Of a DNA stretch of 64,000 nt, positions 63,131-64,000 are shown piece after piece. The DNA comes from the human T2T-CHM13v2.0 reference genome, Homo sapiens. The position numbers and the translations under genes were made by a program. The notes below the pieces were generated by a model. The model was not told the origin of the DNA. It saw only the letters and a program-made list of their open reading frames with translations, and did no database searches. The first letter of the stretch is position 1; each line of letters opens with the position of its first letter. The stretch lies in the NCBI RefSeq assembly GCF_009914755.1, contig NC_060930.1; one strand, written 5' to 3'.

Positions 63131-63750
63131 GAGAGGAGCCAAGATGGCCGAATAGGAACAGCTCCAGTCTACAGCTCCCAGCGTGAGCGACGCAGAAGAC
63201 AGGTGATTTCTGCATTTCCATCTGAGGTACCGGGTTCATCTCACTTGGGAGTGGCAGACAGTGGGCGAAGGTCAGTGGGTGCGCGCACCGTGCGCGAGCC
63301 GAAGCAGGGCGAGGCATTGCCTCACTTGGGAAGCGCAAGGGGTCAGGGAGTTCCCTTTCTGAGTGAAAGAAAGGGGTGACAGACGCACCTGGAAAATCGG
63401 GTCACTCCCACCCGAATACTGTGCTTTTCCGAACGGCTTAAAAAAACGGCGCACCACGAGATTATATCCGGCACGTGGCTCAGAGGGTCCTACCCCCACA
63501 GAGTCTCGCTGATTGCTAGCACAGCAGTCTGAGATCAAACTGCAAGGCGGCAGCGAGGCTGGGGGAGGGGCGCCCGCCATTGCCCAGGCTTGATTAGGTA
63601 AACCAAGCAGCCAAGAAGCTCCAACTGGGTGGAGTTCACCACAGCTCAAGGAGGCCTGCCTGCCTCTGTAGGCTCCACTCTGGGGGCAGGGCACAGACAA
63701 ACAAAAAGACAGCAGTAACCTCTGCAGACTTAAATGTCCCTGCCTGACAG
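63131..63750 (+). promoter_or_regulatory. L1 bidirectional 5'UTR promoter (YY1 site at 63140-63149; antisense promoter region about +400 to +600)
   Basis: YY1 motif caagatggcc. This is the highest CpG density in the window outside the AluY. Confidence 0.75.
63272..63580 (-). CDS. L1 ORF0, frameshift-extended variant (102 aa)
   Basis: MAGAPPPASLPPCSLISDCCASNQRDSVGVGPSEP..YNLVVRRF matches primate ORF0p. ATG at 63580-63578; the frame diverges after the A7 run at 63440-63446. Confidence 0.55.
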   Translation of the reverse strand: MAGAPPPASLPPCSLISDCCASNQRDSVGVGPSEPRAGYNLVVRRFFKPFGKAQYSGGSDPIFQVRLSPLSFTQKGNSLTPCASQVRQCLALLRLAHGARTH

Positions 63751-64000
63751 CTTTGAAGAGAGCAGTGGTTCTCCCAGCACGCAGCTGGAGATTTGAGAAT
63801 GGGCAGACTGCCTCCTCAAGTGGGTCCCTGACCCCCAAGCAGCCTAACTGGGAGGCACCCCCGAGCAGGGGCACACTGACACCTCACACAGCCGGGTACT
63901 CCTCTGAGACAAAACTTCAAGAGGAATGATCAGACAGCAGCATTCGCGGATGACGAAAATCCGTGGTTCTGCAGACACCGCTGCAGATACCCAGGCAAAC

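Larger units (their letters stand above)
63131..64000 (+). mobile_element. 5'UTR of a young LINE-1 (L1PA3/L1PA4) with an intact 5' end; continues past the window end
   Basis: gagaggagccaagatggccgaataggaacagctcc..., CpG-rich, collinear with the L1PA 5'UTR. Confidence 0.96.

Overview
This is AT-rich, CpG-depleted primate genomic DNA, most likely human or another great ape, from a gene-poor intergenic region or a very long intron. I recognise no host protein-coding gene, RNA gene, CpG island or prokaryotic system. Every recognisable ORF in the track is a broken piece of LINE-1 ORF1/ORF2/ORF0, the Tigger1 transposase or an Alu, and the rest look like chance short ORFs. Main contents: the 3' half of an L1PA3-like element (1-2893, +); a full-length, TSD-flanked L1PA7-like element (18403-24866, -); a 5'-truncated L1PA4-like element abutting an older L1PA (45495-48355, +); and the 5'UTR of another L1PA3/4 (63131-64000, +). 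There is also a near-complete Tigger1, five Alus, several MaLR solo LTRs, MIR/L2/HAL1/MER fossils and microsatellites. I could not find a well-supported new biological system. The best leads are local templated duplications of non-repeat DNA about 1.1-1.3 kb from their source, a twin-primed L1 whose target site was apparently reused by an Alu, a TSD-less L1-on-L1 composite, two L1 ORF0 variants and weak micro-exon candidates. Repeat subfamily names come from remembered consensus features, not from a RepeatMasker run, and boundaries of old repeats are approximate.
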